Of a stretch of DNA of 64,000 nucleotides, positions 61,700 to 64,000 are shown one piece after another. How positions within the stretch are numbered: position 1 is the stretch's first letter; each line of letters starts with the position of its first letter. The notes below the pieces were generated by a model. It was not told the origin of the DNA. It was given only the letters and a program-made list of their open reading frames with translations, and ran no database searches. The stretch is from the NCBI GenBank assembly GCA_010356995.1, contig ML996696.1, forward strand, positions 870,364-934,363, in the 5' to 3' direction. The DNA comes from Trichodelitschia bisporula (taxonomy: Eukaryota). The position numbers and the translations under genes are program-made.

Positions 61700-64000
61700 G
61701 ACTAGATGGAGGGAGTGGCGCATCAAGCATTTGCGTGGGATGAATATCGTAAATGCATACTACGTACTCCAAGCTCCGCGGACTTGCATGCTATGCTCAC
61801 TACGATATTGCAGGTCCCAGGGTCCCACGCCTCGCTTCTAGAAGCCTTTTTTCGATTTCACTGATTTCCCTGATTTCCCGGAAAACTAGGGCTGACCGGC
61901 GTTCACATCCCGTTTGGGTAATGAGCTAATGTAGCCAGGGACGGATCGTCAACGGAAATCAAGATATATGGGATGATCCTAACTAGATCTGATTAATGAT
62001 CTGGCGACTGAGATCCATGTGCTGTACGGTACTTTGATGAGATGGGAAGTGCGAGGCTAAAGGTGCCCGAGATGTGGTGATCTTGGTGGGTGAGGGGGAT
62101 TGGAGGGAGTGGGATTTCGATGACATATCGGTATCTGGATCGCGGGATGGGAATCTGTTATTCAGATAGGCTTCAGGCACCTTTCTTTGGGTGCCCGCTT
62201 ACTGGCGCTCCAATTCGGTTGTGTATAGATCTGAGATACGTATATAGGATACTGATGCTTTCACAATGATGCGCTTCCTCCCGCCATACCTCGTCGACCT
62301 TAGCATTTACCAAGCTCGGCTGGCTTACACCTGCACCTCCTCCTCCTCCACCTCCTCAACCTCCTCCATCCCCCTCCACCTCAACTCAACCTTACCTACG
62401 ATAAGATCAATGATCCTGCCAGCAACACGGTAAAAAACACCGTGATCTTCGACCCGTCGTCATTCTCCCCCGACACCATAGAACGACCACGGCTCAAAGA
62501 TCACAGTGTGGTTTACTGCGCTGTTGACTGGGTCATTGGCCTGCACTACCACTCGGACAACGTCGTTCCAGCTCAGCAAGTCGCGGTCCTATCTGTTGAC
62601 CTGTTTCCATTCGACCTCGACAATCGACACCTCTTTTAGGTTCACCACATGCTCTCTCTATATCGGTGTCCGACTACTTGTCTCTCCAGTTCCCGGCCGG
62701 TTTCTGTTCCTCCTGGTCTATGGTCCTTCTGGCTATGCATTGACGGCAAAGGTCTTCAGCACTAGTTCCTTCGGACAGGGACTTCCACACCATCCAGTCC
62801 ATGGTGCAATTGTCATTCCAGGGCCATGCTGCACCAGAAAGACCTCCAGGAGGATATCGCAATCCTCCGGGAGAGGTGGTGCTCGCGCGACGCTGGTTTC
62901 GCAGCCATCACTGGCGAGTTCTCGTCAACCCCCTCAACCAGCAATGCGACGGCTTCCACCAAGGCCCTTTGGCCCACCATGACCGTTATCGCCTAGGCCT
63001 TCGCAGAAGTTTACCCTCCGCCTGTCTACCGCAACCCGATCATGTCCAGCACCACCACCACTCGCCACAGCACCCCCCCGCCAATAACCCTCGAAGATCA
63101 CCCGGCACCCGACCCTAGCATACAGCCCACAAATATCAGGGAATAGGGTGCAAGCACTCCCGAAGCCGCTGCGGGGACGTCCCATTCCGCTGGCAAAGTG
63201 TTGATGAAGCCTTCGTAGGGTCCTCTAAAGATAGGTTGCTTCCAAATACCCCAGAAGGTCGCCTGGAAGCAACTCCTCTTCAGAGGACTCGTCCCAAGCC
63301 AAATCAGGACCTGACTAGTTGGATGGGGCGGAGGAAGGGGTTGGCCTCGTCTAGTGTAATTACAATGTAGTTTTTCCTACCCACCTGCATGACTGTATGG
63401 ACTGAAAGGGACTCTCGTTCTTGGTTTGATCCGCCCTGTAACGATGCTAGGATCTCTCATCTTCGTGGGTTCGCCGGGCTCGAGCCAGAGTGTATCGTAC
63501 AATCCCATTCCCGGTTGGGCCATCGGGATTCTCGCAAGGACTTGTGTACTTGCTGCGGACGCTCATCTCGTCGCGCATTGTTCCACCCAATTAACATCCG
63601 GATATCAGTCCTGCCGATGCTCAGAGCCTCATGCCCGATGGTCTAGCTACGATCACCGTGATGCACCTTTTATATGTTTTGAATTTCACAGGGACTTCAT
63701 TTCAATGGACTGGATTCGCGAGACGTTCTTTTCTTTTGACCTGAACCTTTTAACTGAACCTCACTTCCCCAGCATCTCTTAGAACCCTCCTAATGCTGTG
63801 CATAGGTATCCTTGAGAACTTGAGGTCAGAGACCACTTGAACCTACAGTATACGTCCTTGGTTCGCCCAAGGCATGAACCCATCAAATGGGTGCCGGATG
63901 CCAAGCTCGTTAATGCCGATTCGTGCTAAGCTTGAGTCAAGCCTTTTGTCGTGTCTTGGGACTCTTGGTACGTAAAGCTTATCATAACCCTAAGTTTTAG

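Noticed and set aside
62260..63200. Fragmentary ORFs as a pseudogene or transposon relic
   Set aside because: No recognisable domain, terminal repeats or consistent exon chain

Overview
Gene-dense, GC-rich nuclear DNA from a filamentous ascomycete (Pezizomycotina; inferred from short GT-AG introns with CTRAY branch points and the gene set). I can support about 19 protein-coding genes: HOP2 (3' part), an APH-family phosphotransferase, TAN1, a YMC1-like mitochondrial carrier, a secreted/GPI-like protein, OTU1, RSC1/2, a Zn2Cys6 factor, aldose 1-epimerase, POL2, COX20, a DUF2434-like protein, CCR4, a SAM methyltransferase, a thioesterase, a Ras-like GTPase, WC-1, MRP4 and two hypotheticals, plus an intron-containing tRNA-His(GUG). 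No mobile element or CRISPR array is evident. Best leads: (1) a 1-nt exon (G51163) needed to keep the thioesterase in frame; (2) a ~780-nt non-coding minus-strand segment (616-1400) with many nested helices, a closing stem and C/D-box-like ends; (3) a long structured first intron in TAN1; (4) a second structured non-coding block at ~54890-55300; (5) a telomerase-template-like TAACCCTAA with an upstream stem at the window edge. All exon boundaries and RNA pairings were read by eye; no database search or folding program was run.
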